A stretch of 61,738 nucleotides of DNA, the filler included. It is 3 parts of 3 records of this genome, joined end to end, with 100 filler letters (N's around TTAATTAATTAA, not from the genome) between each part and the next. Parts side by side here need not be neighbours in the genome. Positions count along the whole stretch, not along the records: positions 1 to 21,509 come from SRR20825006_2931; 2 more parts are not named here. One strand, given 5' to 3'. Made by a program: the position numbers and the translations under genes. Within the stretch, counting starts at the first letter, position 1, and the number at the start of each line of letters is the position of its first letter. The notes under the pieces are model-generated. The model had not been told where the DNA came from, did no database searches, and saw only the letters and a list, made by a program, of their open reading frames with translations. Of the stretch, positions 1 through 9,305 are shown in pieces.

Positions 1-50
1 TTAGATCGTCCAGCCGCCATCAATGACGTGTTTTTGGCTGCTTCTATCAT
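1..50 (-). pseudogene. Truncated ORF start (MIEAAK...) overlapping an out-of-frame SDR-like C-terminal remnant (HVIDGGWTI*)
   Basis: ATG at 50-48 abuts the permease stop. A second frame reads HVIDGGWTI-TAA (30 to 1), a typical SDR C-terminus, but is open for only about 26 codons. Confidence 0.4.
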
Positions 51-1046
51 TCAGTTTGAGTTTGCTCGAACCCGAATTTGGTCAAATGCGACTGCAGCGA
101 TCAAAACCGTGCCACGTGTAATCTCTTGCCAAAAGCTGGAGACATTCATCAATGTTAGTCCGTTGTTTAAGGTGCCAAGAATTAGGACCGCCAGAACGGT
201 GCCCCAAACAGAACCGCGCCCACCATAGAGGCTTGTACCGCCAAGAATGATAGCTGCGATAACTGTAAGCAGGTGCTGGCCTGCAGCATTGGGAGCGGCG
301 GCACCCAGCATAGCAGCAAGAATGATGCCGGACACCGCGCCAACGACAGCTGAAACTACATATAGCGCGATTTGTATGCGATCGACATTGATGCCCATAA
401 GTCGACTCGCATCTGCATTGCCGCCTGCCGCATAGATCTCGCGACCAAATTTGGTGCGGGCCATCACCCACCATGATGCAATACAAAAACTGGCCATAAA
501 AATTAGCGGAACAGGGACGCCTATCAATCGGCCAGAGCCAAGCCAATTAAACCCGCTGATCACCAGGGGTTTGCTGATGCCTCCTGTCAGCACAAGTGCC
601 GTGCCGCTAAAGATGCTCATTGTACCAAGGGTCACAATTAGCGGATTGAGCTTCAGGCGCGTCACAAGAATGCCATTTATGCCACCAAGGGCAACGGCAA
701 CTGTGATCGCAATAAAGCAGGCTGCCCAAACGTCAATGCCCATTCCATAAAGCAAGGAAACGATGACGCCGGATAATCCTGCAACAGCGGCCACTGAGAG
801 ATCTAATCCTCCTGCGATGATTAACGGTGTTCCCGCTATCGCCATTAAACCAATCACAGACATATTCGAACCGATGGCCATCAGGTTGCGCGTTTGCAAG
901 AAATATGGCGACAAGATGCTGAAGAGAACGAAAATCAGCAAATAGAAGATGGCCAGCACTGCGACGCCAGCCCATTCCTTTTGCAGCCATTGCATGACAA
1001 AGCGGTTCTTCGATGCAGGCGCAGTTTTAGCGCTCGTTATTGCCAT
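51..1046 (-). CDS. Sugar ABC transporter permease (RbsC/BPD_transp_2 type)
   Basis: Multi-TM protein with GGLDLSVAA, FGREIYAAGGN and IAAIILGGTSLYGGRGS motifs; start placed at ATG 1046 behind GGAGGA. Confidence 0.92.
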   Translation of the reverse strand: MAITSAKTAPASKNRFVMQWLQKEWAGVAVLAIFYLLIFVLFSILSPYFLQTRNLMAIGSNMSVIGLMAIAGTPLIIAGGLDLSVAAVAGLSGVIVSLLYGMGIDVWAACFIAITVAVALGGINGILVTRLKLNPLIVTLGTMSIFSGTALVLTGGISKPLVISGFNWLGSGRLIGVPVPLIFMASFCIASWWVMARTKFGREIYAAGGNADASRLMGINVDRIQIALYVVSAVVGAVSGIILAAMLGAAAPNAAGQHLLTVIAAIILGGTSLYGGRGSVWGTVLAVLILGTLNNGLTLMNVSSFWQEITRGTVLIAAVAFDQIRVRANSN

Positions 1047-1081
1047 TAATTTTCTCCTCCAAATAGCAATCGCAATTTCAC

Positions 1082-1115
1082 TATTGACTAGCAACAAAAA
1101 AAGGCATAGTCAATA
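1082..1115. promoter_or_regulatory. Symmetric divergent promoter region (inverted TATTGACTA/TAGTCAATA)
   Basis: 9-bp inverted repeat at 1082-1090 and 1107-1115 puts a TTGACT -35-like hexamer on each strand between the divergent genes. Confidence 0.5.
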
Positions 1116-1131
1116 AGTGGTCAGGCCACTT
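1115..1131. promoter_or_regulatory. Putative FadR-subfamily GntR operator
   Basis: AAGTGGTCAGGCCACTT palindrome resembles PdhR/LldR-type AAnTGG-N5-CCAnTT sites and lies directly upstream of the FadR-type regulator. Confidence 0.75.
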
Positions 1132-1176
1132 GGTCACTTTAATCAACTTATGGCCTAAACCGATGGGAGGTTTTCG

Positions 1177-1890
1177 GTGACGATAGATATTTCTCCAATA
1201 TCCAAGACAGGCGTTTCGGATATGTTGGTGCAGCAGATATTGGGGTTTGTGACTGCGGGGCAGTTGCGGGCAGGTGATAAACTGCCATCCGAGCGTGTGC
1301 TTGCGGAGCGCTTTCAAGTAAGTCGCCCGACTGTGCGCGAAGCAATGCGTGCTTTGTCAGTCTTAGGGGTTGTTGAAATCCGGCACGGTGGTGGTGCATT
1401 CGTCAGTGAGTTGAATGCTGCAGATTTGCTAGGTCCGCTAAACTTCTTTTTGTCTTTATCCGAGGTTTCGGTTGAAAAGTTGTACCAAGCGCGTCGCTTG
1501 ATCGAAGGTGAATTATGTGCGTTAGCCGCTAAGTCAATTGAGGACAATTCGATCGAGCAATTGCGCGATATGATTTTGAAGCAAGAGCAGGTGAAAGCAG
1601 ATGCTGATGCCTATCTAAAGCTAGATTCTGCATTTCACGAGCTTATAGCCGAAGTTGCAAACAATCCATTTTTGGCCAGAGCTGCCGCAAGTTTGAATGT
1701 GCTGGGCGTTGAATTTCGCAAGCGCGCCGCAACTACCAAGCAGGCGCAAGATAGGTCCATTCAAGATCATTGGAAAATACTTGAGGCGCTAACTGCAAGA
1801 GATCAAGACCTGGCTCGCGCTGCTATGGCGGCTCATATGGAGCAAGTGTTCGAAACAACAAGTGGTGTTCTGGGTGATGGGCATGGCTGA
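1177..1890 (+). CDS. GntR family (FadR subfamily) transcriptional regulator
   Basis: N-terminal LPSERVLAERFQVSRPTVREA wHTH plus FCD domain (FHELIAEVANNPFL); GGGAGG RBS. Confidence 0.95.
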   Translation: MTIDISPISKTGVSDMLVQQILGFVTAGQLRAGDKLPSERVLAERFQVSRPTVREAMRALSVLGVVEIRHGGGAFVSELNAADLLGPLNFFLSLSEVSVEKLYQARRLIEGELCALAAKSIEDNSIEQLRDMILKQEQVKADADAYLKLDSAFHELIAEVANNPFLARAAASLNVLGVEFRKRAATTKQAQDRSIQDHWKILEALTARDQDLARAAMAAHMEQVFETTSGVLGDGHG

Positions 1891-2860
1891 TGTTGTTGTA
1901 ACAGATTATACATTTCCAAATCTCGATCAGGAGCGTGCCGCAGCGGAGGAGTTGGGCTTTAGTTTTGCAGCCCATCAGTGCCGCACTGCCAAAGAGGTGG
2001 AGAGTGTGCTTCAAGGGGCCAAAGTTGGGGTGGTGCAATTTGCGCCTGTTTCAAGTGATGCCATAAAGGGGATGGACGGCGGTGCAGCCTTAATCCGATA
2101 TGGTATTGGCTTCGACAATATAGACCTTCCCGCGGCCAATTCTCGTAACATTCCCGTGGGTTATGTGCCTGATTATTGTGTGGAAGAGGTTGCAGAACAT
2201 ACCTGCACATTGATGCTTACTCAACTGCGCAAAGTTTTTGAGTTTGATGTTTCTGTGCGTGCCGGGCGGTGGGAAGCAGTAGGTACTGCGGCGCCAATGA
2301 AGGCATTTGCGAATGTCAAAGTTGGTTTTTTTGGCTTTGGTCAAATTGGCCGTGCAGTGCATGCGCGCCTAAAAGCATTTGGCTTTAAATTCTGTGTGGC
2401 AGATCCGGCATTATCTGATGTTCAGGCGTGTGAACTTGGTGTGGAGAAAGTTGATGCTACGACGCTGTTTGCGGTAGCTGATGCGATTACATTGCATGCA
2501 CCGGTTACGCCAGAAACCAAACATTTTGTCGATGCAAATATTCTAGCAAACATGCAAAGCCATGCCGTTCTGGTGAATACATCGCGCGGAGCGCTTATTG
2601 ACGAATGCGCACTTGCGGGCGCGTTGAATGACGGGCAAATCGCAGGAGCAGCGCTCGACGTTTTCGGGGTTGAGCCATTGCCTGAAACTTCTGAGCTCCG
2701 GGCAGCACGTGGCGTCATTCTGTCGCCGCACGCCGCTTGGTATTCAGAGGATGCAATCGGGAAATTACAATCACTAGTTGCTGACGACATACGCGCTCAC
2801 CTTGCCGGTCAGGCATTGCGCAAGCCGGTGCCGGGATCAACGGCATGCGAGGGGAAATGA
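1883..2860 (+). CDS. D-isomer-specific 2-hydroxyacid dehydrogenase (CtBP-like)
   Basis: RYGIGFDNID, GFGQIG, VNTSRG, DVFGVEP and SPHAAWYS motifs; ATG 1883 overlaps the regulator's 3' end. Confidence 0.93.
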   Translation: MADVVVTDYTFPNLDQERAAAEELGFSFAAHQCRTAKEVESVLQGAKVGVVQFAPVSSDAIKGMDGGAALIRYGIGFDNIDLPAANSRNIPVGYVPDYCVEEVAEHTCTLMLTQLRKVFEFDVSVRAGRWEAVGTAAPMKAFANVKVGFFGFGQIGRAVHARLKAFGFKFCVADPALSDVQACELGVEKVDATTLFAVADAITLHAPVTPETKHFVDANILANMQSHAVLVNTSRGALIDECALAGALNDGQIAGAALDVFGVEPLPETSELRAARGVILSPHAAWYSEDAIGKLQSLVADDIRAHLAGQALRKPVPGSTACEGK

Positions 2861-2901
2861 GCATATCTAACTAAACTTGCTGTCATTTTGGGAGGAAAAA
2901 T

Positions 2902-4059
2902 ATGACACATAAACTAGCTATAGCTTTTACAACTGCACTGCTAACCACAAGTTCCGCATTTGCGATTGATGCGGGTGACCTGAAGGGGCAACCGATCACC
3001 GAAGATCAGTATATTGAATTGGTGAATGCGGCCAAGGCGGTCAATCCGCCCAAAAATGGTGAGAACTATGTCTTTGGTTTCGCTAACCTTGGTCGCAATG
3101 CACCATTTTTCCTTTCCGTGGAGCAAGGCATTGTCGACAATGGTGAGAAGGCCGGGGTCGAAATTCTTGTAACGGATAATGCCTTTGATGGCTCAACAGC
3201 GCTGGCCAACGCAGAAAGCTATTTGCGCCGAGATGTTGATTATGTGATCGAATTCCAAACAGACACTAATTTTGGCTACTCAATCATGCAAAAAATGAAT
3301 GAGGCCAACGTAAAGGTTACGGCAATCGATATTCCAATGCCAGGTGCCACATTTATGGGGGCGAACAACCCGCGTTCAGGCTTTATGGGTGGCGTATATC
3401 TTGCTCAAAATGCTCGAGCAAAGTGGGAGGATGACAAAGTCATGTCTTCATATCTGGTTGTTGGTGAACTACCACAGTCAGGTGCCGTCCCCGCGATGCG
3501 CACTGACGGACAGGTCGCAGGCTTCCTTGCAGAATATCCAGAATTCCCAGAAGATCAACTGATCAAGATTGATACAAAGGGCACTTTGGAAGAAGGCTTT
3601 CGTGTCATGAGCGATCTGGTGGGGCGCATTCCACAGGACGTGCCAATCTTGGGTCTTGCAATTAACGATCAATCCATTTTGGGGATGCTACGCGCGGTTG
3701 AGCAAGCAGGCCGATCAGATGAAGCTCTATTTGTCGGTATGGGTGCCGATGAAGGTGAAACCATGGTAGCTGAGCCAAACTTTTTGGGATCGGTAGGCTA
3801 TTTCCCTGAAAATTATGGCAATTATCTCGTTCCAATCGCACTGATGGAGTTGGCTGGTGTAGACGTTCCACCTGCTGTTTTGGTTGAACATAAGATGGTC
3901 ACGAGTCCAACCATCTGCAACTTCTATGAAAACATCGAGTGTACCGACGATAGCGAAGTAGAGTTGGCGTTCCCGGAAACAGCATTTGAATGGCATTTGA
4001 AAGACCAGTTGGTGAACCCAGCCTTGGCCGACGTTAAAGACCTGATTCCAACGAAATAG
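2902..4059 (+). CDS. Sugar ABC transporter substrate-binding protein
   Basis: Signal peptide, periplasmic-binding-protein type I pattern (AIDIP, GANN, AIND), GGGAGGA RBS, adjacent ATPase. Confidence 0.88.
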   Translation: MTHKLAIAFTTALLTTSSAFAIDAGDLKGQPITEDQYIELVNAAKAVNPPKNGENYVFGFANLGRNAPFFLSVEQGIVDNGEKAGVEILVTDNAFDGSTALANAESYLRRDVDYVIEFQTDTNFGYSIMQKMNEANVKVTAIDIPMPGATFMGANNPRSGFMGGVYLAQNARAKWEDDKVMSSYLVVGELPQSGAVPAMRTDGQVAGFLAEYPEFPEDQLIKIDTKGTLEEGFRVMSDLVGRIPQDVPILGLAINDQSILGMLRAVEQAGRSDEALFVGMGADEGETMVAEPNFLGSVGYFPENYGNYLVPIALMELAGVDVPPAVLVEHKMVTSPTICNFYENIECTDDSEVELAFPETAFEWHLKDQLVNPALADVKDLIPTK

Positions 4060-4069
4060 TGTATCGGGA

Positions 4070-4100
4070 CCTGCCCGCAGTTTTGCGGGCAGGCATTTTT
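4070..4100 (+). terminator. GC-rich hairpin after the SBP gene (partial terminator or mRNA stabiliser)
   Basis: CCTGCCCGCA-GTTT-TGCGGGCAGG followed by CATTTTT. Confidence 0.65.
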
Positions 4101-4121
4101 CAATCAAGATTGGGTGTTGCT

Positions 4122-5615
4122 ATGTTGAAGATGAAAAGCATCTCTAAATCGTTCGGTTCAAATATGGTGCTGGACAATGTCGATTTCGAGATTAACTCAT
4201 CAGAAATTGTCGCGCTACTCGGTGCAAATGGCGCCGGGAAGTCGACACTTATGAAAATCATGACGGGCATATACACCAAAGATTTCGGTATGATCGAGAT
4301 CGACGGCAAAGAAGTGCAAATCGGCTCACCCTCTGACGCCATGATGCATGGCATTCGTCTCGTGCCGCAAGAATTGCAAATCGTTCCCGATCTCTCGGTT
4401 GCCGAGAACATATTTATCGGCGCGTTTCCCACATCCGGTTCCGGACCTTTTGCGACAGTTCGCAAAGACGAACTCAACCAAAAAGCTACAGAGATTTTGC
4501 AAGATTTAGGAATCGAAAAGATCAATGTACGCGAGAAACTCTCTGCATACTCAATTTCTGAACAGCGGTTGGTGGAGATTGCACGCTCATTGGCTGGAGA
4601 CGCGCGTATCCTAGTGATGGACGAGCCGACGGCATCCTTATCAGAGCCAGAGTGTAAGCGGCTTTTTGAGATCTTAGATAGGCTCAAAACTAAAGGTGTT
4701 TCGATCATCTTTATCTCTCACTTTTTGGACGAAGTGTTCGAAATATGCGATCGAATTGAAGTGTTGCGCGATGGCAAAAACGCAGGGAGTTTTTCGGTCG
4801 ATGAAACTGATCATCACACTGTACTGACGTCCATGTTGGGGCGGGAGCCAAGCGATTTATATCCCGAACACTCGAACGCTGCACTTGAAGACATTTTTGT
4901 TGTGAACGGTGCGCGCAAATTACCCAACATTCAGGATGTTTCTTTCAAAGTACGACAAGGCGAAATTCACGGCGTTTTTGGCCTTATCGGATCTGGCATT
5001 GAGCATCTTGGAAAAATGTTGTTTGGCGGAACACACATGGAACAAGGGGAGGTTTTGCTTGATGGTGAAAAATTTGATCCCCAAAGCCCTAACGATTCAA
5101 TTGAATATGGTGTTGGCTTTGTATCGGGAGAGAGGAAGTCCGAAGGCATTGTGCCGGATCTTCCGTTGCAAGATAACCTAACACTCCCATACCTCAAGCG
5201 TCATAAATCAGGCCTAGAGGTTTCCACTCGATCACAATCAAATTTGGCCAAGCAATGGATTGATACGTTGGGGATTGTAACCTCTGGACCACAACAGCCT
5301 ATCGGCGGCTTGTCTGGTGGTAACCAACAAAAAGTGTGCATTGCGCGTTGGCTGGTAAACGATCTGCGGGTTTTGATTTTGGAGGAGCCAACTCGCGGTG
5401 TGGATCTTGGCGCGCGCAAAGATATTTATGCACAGTTGCGCAAGTTGTCTAACAGTGGATTAGCGGTAGTTGTAATTTCTTCAGATGCTGAGGAAATTGC
5501 CGGACTTGCTGACACGTCCACAGTATTGATCGACGGCAAATCCGTCGAATATTTCGACACGCCGATTGAGGCACCGGTTTTAATGAAATCGGCCATGCGT
5601 GAAATTGCCGTTTAG
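4122..5615 (+). CDS. Sugar ABC transporter ATP-binding protein (RbsA/MglA type, two NBDs)
   Basis: Walker A GANGAGKST, ILVMDEPT, LSGGNQQK, ILEEPTRGVD; start placed at ATG 4122, after the hairpin. Confidence 0.95.
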   Translation: MLKMKSISKSFGSNMVLDNVDFEINSSEIVALLGANGAGKSTLMKIMTGIYTKDFGMIEIDGKEVQIGSPSDAMMHGIRLVPQELQIVPDLSVAENIFIGAFPTSGSGPFATVRKDELNQKATEILQDLGIEKINVREKLSAYSISEQRLVEIARSLAGDARILVMDEPTASLSEPECKRLFEILDRLKTKGVSIIFISHFLDEVFEICDRIEVLRDGKNAGSFSVDETDHHTVLTSMLGREPSDLYPEHSNAALEDIFVVNGARKLPNIQDVSFKVRQGEIHGVFGLIGSGIEHLGKMLFGGTHMEQGEVLLDGEKFDPQSPNDSIEYGVGFVSGERKSEGIVPDLPLQDNLTLPYLKRHKSGLEVSTRSQSNLAKQWIDTLGIVTSGPQQPIGGLSGGNQQKVCIARWLVNDLRVLILEEPTRGVDLGARKDIYAQLRKLSNSGLAVVVISSDAEEIAGLADTSTVLIDGKSVEYFDTPIEAPVLMKSAMREIAV

Positions 5616-5636
5616 CTGAATTTGGAGGAGGAAATT

Positions 5637-6452
5637 ATGAAATTGAGTGTGACATGTTGGTCATTCCCGGAGCTGACGATCAAAGAAGCCGACGGCCTAG
5701 CAAAAACATTAGGAATTGAAGCCATTGATGTCGGATTATTCTACCGTTCGGCGCTCGACAAGTCTGAGATATTAGGAAATTCAGAGGCTTACGGCAATAA
5801 ATTGCAGGCGAGCATACAGTCCAAGATCGCAAACTATTATCATTTGTTTGGCGACGGTCTGGCGCATCGAAATCTTGCACTCGGTCGTAGTGATGAAAAT
5901 GAGGCTGATTTGAAGGCGGTTTTATCCTTTGCAAAGGCCGCAGATATCTCATCCGTGTTCATCCTTCCCGGTGTGATCAATCCGGGCCAATCGCGTCGAA
6001 CAGCTTTTGAAAACTCAGTCGCCGCATTGAAACCGCTTGTTGATATCGCTGCTGAAACGGACATCGCGCTCACGCTTGAGCCGCATGTTCATGGCTTACT
6101 TGAGAGTGTTGAGATGGTGGAAGAACTCGTCGATACAGTCCCAGGTTTAAAGCTTACCTTTGATCCGGCACACTTTGTTTCAATCGGCTACAGGCAAGAT
6201 GAGTTAGAGCAACTTATTCCGCACATAGGTCATGTGCATTTGCGTCAGGCAAAGCAGGGCTTTCTACAAACCAAATTGGAAGAGGGCACAATCAATTTCC
6301 CCGCGTTGTTCGGGGACCTTCGTGATGCGGGTTACCAAAATTGGCTGGCGATCGAATATGTGCACCAAGCCTATATGAACACCTTATTCGACGATGTGCT
6401 GTCTGAGACCGTCAAGATGCGCAATTGCTTTAACGAATGGCATGCTGGCTAA
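5637..6452 (+). CDS. Sugar phosphate isomerase/epimerase family (xylose-isomerase-like TIM barrel)
   Basis: LEPH, FDPAH, HVHL and IEY metal-site pattern; GGAGGAGG RBS before ATG 5637. Confidence 0.85.
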   Translation: MKLSVTCWSFPELTIKEADGLAKTLGIEAIDVGLFYRSALDKSEILGNSEAYGNKLQASIQSKIANYYHLFGDGLAHRNLALGRSDENEADLKAVLSFAKAADISSVFILPGVINPGQSRRTAFENSVAALKPLVDIAAETDIALTLEPHVHGLLESVEMVEELVDTVPGLKLTFDPAHFVSIGYRQDELEQLIPHIGHVHLRQAKQGFLQTKLEEGTINFPALFGDLRDAGYQNWLAIEYVHQAYMNTLFDDVLSETVKMRNCFNEWHAG

Positions 6453-6465
6453 AGAGGAGGCTGCA

Positions 6466-6780
6466 GTGGGACATTATGCTTGGATACTCGAGGTTCGCCC
6501 GGGATATGAGGAAGAATATAAGAAACGTCATGATGAAATTTGGCCAGAACTTGTCGCAGATATATCGGCCGCGGGCATCAAAAACTACAATATTTTTCGT
6601 CACGGTTTGACGCTGTTCGGCTATTTCGAAACTGACGACTTGGAGCACGCAATTGCTGCGCTTGGAAAGAGTGATGCAAATCGCAGATGGGGCGAATTTA
6701 TGGGCCCGATAATGAAGGTGGAAGTCGATGAAAATATTGGCTTTCCATTCCTGCTCCCACTTCAGTGGCGCATGGACTAG
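6466..6780 (+). CDS. rhaM: L-rhamnose mutarotase family protein
   Basis: EEYKKRHDEIWPEL, GIKNYNIF and LFGYFE motifs; GTG start behind GAGGAGG; substrate not established. Confidence 0.85.
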   Translation: MGHYAWILEVRPGYEEEYKKRHDEIWPELVADISAAGIKNYNIFRHGLTLFGYFETDDLEHAIAALGKSDANRRWGEFMGPIMKVEVDENIGFPFLLPLQWRMD

Positions 6781-6784
6781 TTAA

Positions 6785-7861
6785 ATGATTATGCCAATCA
6801 TTCATAACGATATGTTGGGGCGAAAGATACGCTCTGGCCGTTGGGAGGAGCTCGCCGTTGGAACGCCCATTTTGATTGAACGGGCGCTTGAAAATGGGCG
6901 CAATCAGGAGGCCGGTGAGCTTGCAACATTTTTGGCTGGTGAGATGCGCGTTGTTTACGACATTTATAGCCAGTGGTTCCGAGATACGGCTAAATGCTTG
7001 CTTGATAAAGGTATGTCGGAAGCTGATCTTGAACATGAAATGGGTGTAATTGATGAGTTGCTGGCCCCCTATCACCAGGCAATAGGTAAGGATCGCGCAG
7101 ATATTTGGTCTGATATTGAAAGTGATCTTAATGCCATATCCGATATCAATGTCTCAACCGCAGAAAAGCGTACAAAGCTAAGTACTGCCAAGGATAAATG
7201 GCGGGACTTGCATGATTGCGAGGTTGATCAACTCTCAGGGCTTTTCAACTTGGTCATCTCGCGATTTGGCGAAAATGGATTGTTAGACATGTATGAAGGC
7301 TGGGTAATTGGCGATTGGTTTCGCCAACGTTATCAGCGATTTGACGTGTCTAAGATTGCATGGGATGAGGCAAGCTGGCTGCTCACCTATCTCGGTTTTG
7401 AGGGGCATCACGGCCATTTTAGTGGTACGCAACGCGATGGTTCTATTGATTTTGAAGAAGATGATGAGAAGATCACGATAAGCTTTGCGCCTTGCGGTTC
7501 TGGTGGTCGATCCATGGAAGGCGAGGTGCGTGACGGGCTGCCTGCTTTGCACCAAAAACCCTTCGAATGGCCACTTTTGGAGCAGGCACATGATTTTACT
7601 TGGAACGAAAAAGGGATCTGCAGCTATTGCGCACATTGTTGCATCTTACATGAAAAACTGCCGATAGAGCATTTTGGGTATCCTGTGCGTGTTACGCAGC
7701 CGCCTGTTGGTCCATTGACCGAGCAAAGTCGATGCGCGTGGACAGTTTATAAAGATTTAGGGGAAATCCCCGAGTGGGCCTATGAACGCGTAGGGGCGAA
7801 AAAGCCACTTAGGGGTGTGCCGCTGGGCACTACTCATAAAGCACTGCGTGAACAATCATGA
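6785..7861 (+). CDS. Hypothetical protein with PCGSGGR / YCAHCC cysteine motifs
   Basis: 358-aa ORF tightly packed in the operon (4-nt gap upstream, 4-nt overlap downstream); no recognisable sugar-enzyme family. Confidence 0.85.
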   Translation: MIMPIIHNDMLGRKIRSGRWEELAVGTPILIERALENGRNQEAGELATFLAGEMRVVYDIYSQWFRDTAKCLLDKGMSEADLEHEMGVIDELLAPYHQAIGKDRADIWSDIESDLNAISDINVSTAEKRTKLSTAKDKWRDLHDCEVDQLSGLFNLVISRFGENGLLDMYEGWVIGDWFRQRYQRFDVSKIAWDEASWLLTYLGFEGHHGHFSGTQRDGSIDFEEDDEKITISFAPCGSGGRSMEGEVRDGLPALHQKPFEWPLLEQAHDFTWNEKGICSYCAHCCILHEKLPIEHFGYPVRVTQPPVGPLTEQSRCAWTVYKDLGEIPEWAYERVGAKKPLRGVPLGTTHKALREQS

Positions 7862-9294
7862 GCAAGCGACCATTTTTTTCCGACCCACGTATGATCCGCG
7901 TTGCCGTAATCGGCGGCATGATGAGCTATTTTGAAAGCATTATGGCGCCAGATTTCCGCGAAACGCGGCGCAACCATGTGCTCCAGACAGTTGAGGAGCT
8001 AAGGACATTTTGTGATGTCGTTTTTTTGGGTCTTTGGGCGGAAGATGCGGACAATCAGGCGATCAGCAGCAAGTTGGAAAACCACAACTTCGATGTGATT
8101 TTACTGGTGCCGACGATGGCCACACCGCCAGAGTGTCTTGTGCAGATTGTATCGAGAGCTGGTGTTCCCATTGTTATTGCATGTGGTCACGCTGCGCATA
8201 AAATTGATCAGAGCTTTGATATGAAAGCGTTATGTACCCATTCGGTTGGAGTCGGTGCAACGATGCTTCAATCCATGCTATCGCGACATTCCAATGGGCA
8301 AAAAGCTATTTTGGTTAGTGGGCATCTGGATCAACCTAGCTTTCATCAGCGTTTGGGCATGGCTGTTCGCGCTGGGGCGGCTGCACATCGGTTGGCAGGC
8401 TTGAGAATAGGGAAGTTTGGTGAACCCATGCCAGGATATGCTCATGTGGGTATGAGTGCATTAGAGGCTAAGCAAGCTGGATTTGAGTTAGTCGAAATTC
8501 CTCTTAAGGATTGGGCGGAAAAGCATGCCGCTATTCCCGAGCGTGATATTGAGAGATTTATCGAACATGACTTGCTAAATACCCTGCCTAGCGGATCGAC
8601 ATTCCAAATTTCATCACAATTGAAAAATGCTGTGCGGCAAGCACTCACGCTTGATCAGGTGGTTCAAGCGTATGATTTAGATTGCGGGGCTATAAATTGC
8701 CGTGGCCCGTTTGGTGTTGGGTTGAGCAGTGGTTCAATCAGTTGTCTTGCAACAGCGTTGGCACTGAAATCTGGGCATGCATTTGCAGCAACAGGTGACC
8801 TTTTAACAGGCGTGGCCATGTGGATTGGACAGCAGTTGGGCGGCGCGGCTTTATATTGTGAACTTGATGCAATTGATCTCGAATTGGGCGCTTTTCTAGT
8901 GGCGAACACAGGTGAAGCCGATTTCGCGTGGTCTGGTGTTGAGGGGGTAGTGTTGCATGATGCTTCAGCTCATTCCGGCCGCGAGGTGCCCGGCACCGTT
9001 ATCGAACAGATTATTGCTGCCGATGCTGCGACAATGGTGGGGTTGGCGCCAAATATAGATGCCGAGAAACCTTTTTCACTTTGTACGATTGAGGGTGACA
9101 CACTTGCGGCCAAACCCACCAAATTAAAAGTAGGGCACGGCTTCTTTCGGGCGGCAAACGGTTCCTGCAATGCAATATTTGAAGACTGGGTAAACACTGG
9201 AGTTCCCCATCACGGCGCGTTGAGCAGAGGGCACTTAAACGAGGCAATTGAGTGGTGTGGCAAGCTCTCAGGCTTTTCAACAACTACGCTATAG
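7858..9294 (+). CDS. Divergent L-fucose/L-arabinose isomerase-like protein
   Basis: Length and layout, GDL motif, W..TGVPHHGALSRGH C-terminus; some metal-ligand positions look substituted. Confidence 0.7.
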   Translation: MSKRPFFSDPRMIRVAVIGGMMSYFESIMAPDFRETRRNHVLQTVEELRTFCDVVFLGLWAEDADNQAISSKLENHNFDVILLVPTMATPPECLVQIVSRAGVPIVIACGHAAHKIDQSFDMKALCTHSVGVGATMLQSMLSRHSNGQKAILVSGHLDQPSFHQRLGMAVRAGAAAHRLAGLRIGKFGEPMPGYAHVGMSALEAKQAGFELVEIPLKDWAEKHAAIPERDIERFIEHDLLNTLPSGSTFQISSQLKNAVRQALTLDQVVQAYDLDCGAINCRGPFGVGLSSGSISCLATALALKSGHAFAATGDLLTGVAMWIGQQLGGAALYCELDAIDLELGAFLVANTGEADFAWSGVEGVVLHDASAHSGREVPGTVIEQIIAADAATMVGLAPNIDAEKPFSLCTIEGDTLAAKPTKLKVGHGFFRAANGSCNAIFEDWVNTGVPHHGALSRGHLNEAIEWCGKLSGFSTTTL

Positions 9295-9305
9295 TTAGGA
9301 AAATT

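Noticed and set aside
5637-6780. Calling the cluster a canonical L-rhamnose (rha) operon
   Set aside because: No rhamnulokinase or rhamnulose-phosphate aldolase is visible, and RhaM-family proteins act on several sugars
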